This document shows, piece after piece, positions 37,901 to 38,130 of a DNA stretch of 38,130 bases; position 1 is the first letter of the stretch, and each line of letters starts with the position of its first letter. The notes beneath the pieces are model-generated. The model saw only the letters and a list, made by a program, of their open reading frames with translations, did no database searches and was not told where the DNA came from. The DNA comes from a bacterium (GTDB lineage: Bacteria > SZUA-182 > DTGQ01 > JAFGSM01). Location: NCBI GenBank assembly GCA_049472355.1, contig JBLIRP010000030.1, positions 1 to 38,130 of the forward strand. The letters are read 5' to 3'. The translations under genes and the position numbers were made by a program.

Positions 37901-38128
37901 GGCCACCCCTGCACCGCCGATGGTGCCGCAGACATGGGTGGCGTGATCTGCCATTCCCGACAGATCACGGACTGCAAGGCGTCCCTGGAAGTCGACGTGC
38001 GAGGATCGAGCAGTGCCGGCGTCGTAAACAAGCACGGTAATCCCCGAGCCGTCGAGGTCGTAAGGCAATGCCCGGACGATATCCGCCTCGGTGATCTCCC
38101 GATTGCCGTCGTTCACCTCGCTCAGCCG
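34919..38128 (-). CDS. Multidomain S8 (subtilisin-like) serine protease, 5' end beyond the window
   Basis: Catalytic triad motifs VYDAG, DHATHVCG and GTSMASP. Then a VNDLDL...NNIEQV beta domain, an FN3-like domain, a nidogen-like YVGSNGYITF domain and a Cys-rich CGDGxC..E....C..DC tail. The frame stays open upstream of 38116 (RLSEV). Confidence 0.92.
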   Translation of the reverse strand, partial: RLSEVNDGNREITEADIVRALPYDLDGSGITVLVYDAGTARSSHVDFQGRLAVRDLSGMADHATHVCGTIGGAGVANPTYTGIAPGVLMESYGFQYDGTGIFLYSNPGDIESDYTEAINTYGADISNNSIGTNTEPNGFDCDIQGDYGVTSALIDAIVRGSLGTPFRIIWANGNERQGSRCDVEGYGDYYSTAPPAGAKNHITVGALNSNDDSMTYFSSWGPVDDGRIKPDISAPGCQIDGDRGVTSCSSGSDNAYTVMCGTSMASPTVCGLSSLLLQDFRARFPDKPDFRNSTLKILLAHNAVDLGNLGPDYRFGYGSVRIQKTIDFMRTGNFLEDQVDQDGVFSVVVLVSPGDSALKVTMAWDDVPGTPNVTAALVNDLDLRVFSPSSIRHYPWTLDQYNPDSPAVRTQADHVNNIEQVYVENPESGVWQIEVHGHDVPQGPQPFSLCASPGLIACSSAGVIALDASRYACSATVAIEVIDRDLNTDSGAVETVAVTVASDSEPNGEMVQLTETAAGTAEFRGTIPVAVENGAGILLVAGGDAITATYIDADNGQGGRDIPVTATAVVDCTPPAISNVQTTAIATHTATVTFDTDEPACGTVRYGLDCGNLTQTATEGGFPTAHTINLMGLQHNTSYFYALDAGDEAGNAVSDNNGGMCYTFTTHDIPDCFTEIFVDPFDNDLDYLRLTFTPDGSYDFYSGGVEAIADLPINPGGGTIVSLSDDSYRSVSLLSGKTVSLYGTRYGTFYVGSNGYITFTGGDRDYMESLDVHFELPRISALFDDLDPNAQGTVTWRQLEDRAVVTWQNVPQCNTTDSNTFQIEMHFDGTIVISYLAIASIDGLAGLSEGKGRPEDFSETDLSAMGPCETICDGDGVCEEGEDCHSCPDECIGHDGAQCGNGICEIADGEDCRTCPQDCNGLQTGKPGDRFCCSAAEGCTDPRCNDAGWLCTDESHGTSYCCGDGTCEGEEDGSNCSIDCGAPTLCGDGTCDPGEDSCTCRDDCGAPPDSETVGSTCDDGVDNDCDLRTDCDDSDCSRDPICAACLPNGEPCQNSSQCCSNKCFKGYCK

Positions 38129-38130
38129 GG

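Overview
Bacterial DNA, probably from a diderm. The Deltaproteobacteria-like gene content is an impression, not a computed placement. The window is dense in envelope and secreted proteins and has no rRNA, tRNA, CRISPR array or transposase that I can see. From left to right: (1) a large secreted beta-helix/PKD protein that runs off the left edge and is missing from the ORF track; (2) a ~16 kb co-oriented minus-strand block of ECF sigma factor, ZAS (zf-HC2) anti-sigma, membrane-anchored CHAT (caspase-like) protease with a CsgG-like C-terminus, TPR/Ig/CsgG-like lipoprotein, 2525-aa LVIVD-propeller/triple C13-peptidase protein, CBM-like/choice-of-anchor-U protein and FadL-type barrel; (3) a Zn-ribbon HtpX-type protease and a YbjQ-family gene; (4) a secreted (GGGGYPY)n protein fused to a chagasin/I42 domain; (5) a polysaccharide polymerisation/export cluster (LytR_C lipoprotein, O-antigen ligase/Wzy, TPR protein, Wzc, Wza-like, OM barrel, FecR-coiled coil) with GAATGT[CA] heptamer repeats at gene junctions; (6) a multidomain S8 subtilase that runs off the right edge. 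The best candidate for an undescribed system is block 2, which looks like a CRISPR-independent, trans-envelope caspase-like protease/anti-sigma/sigma signalling module. All domain calls come from motif recognition by eye, not database searches.
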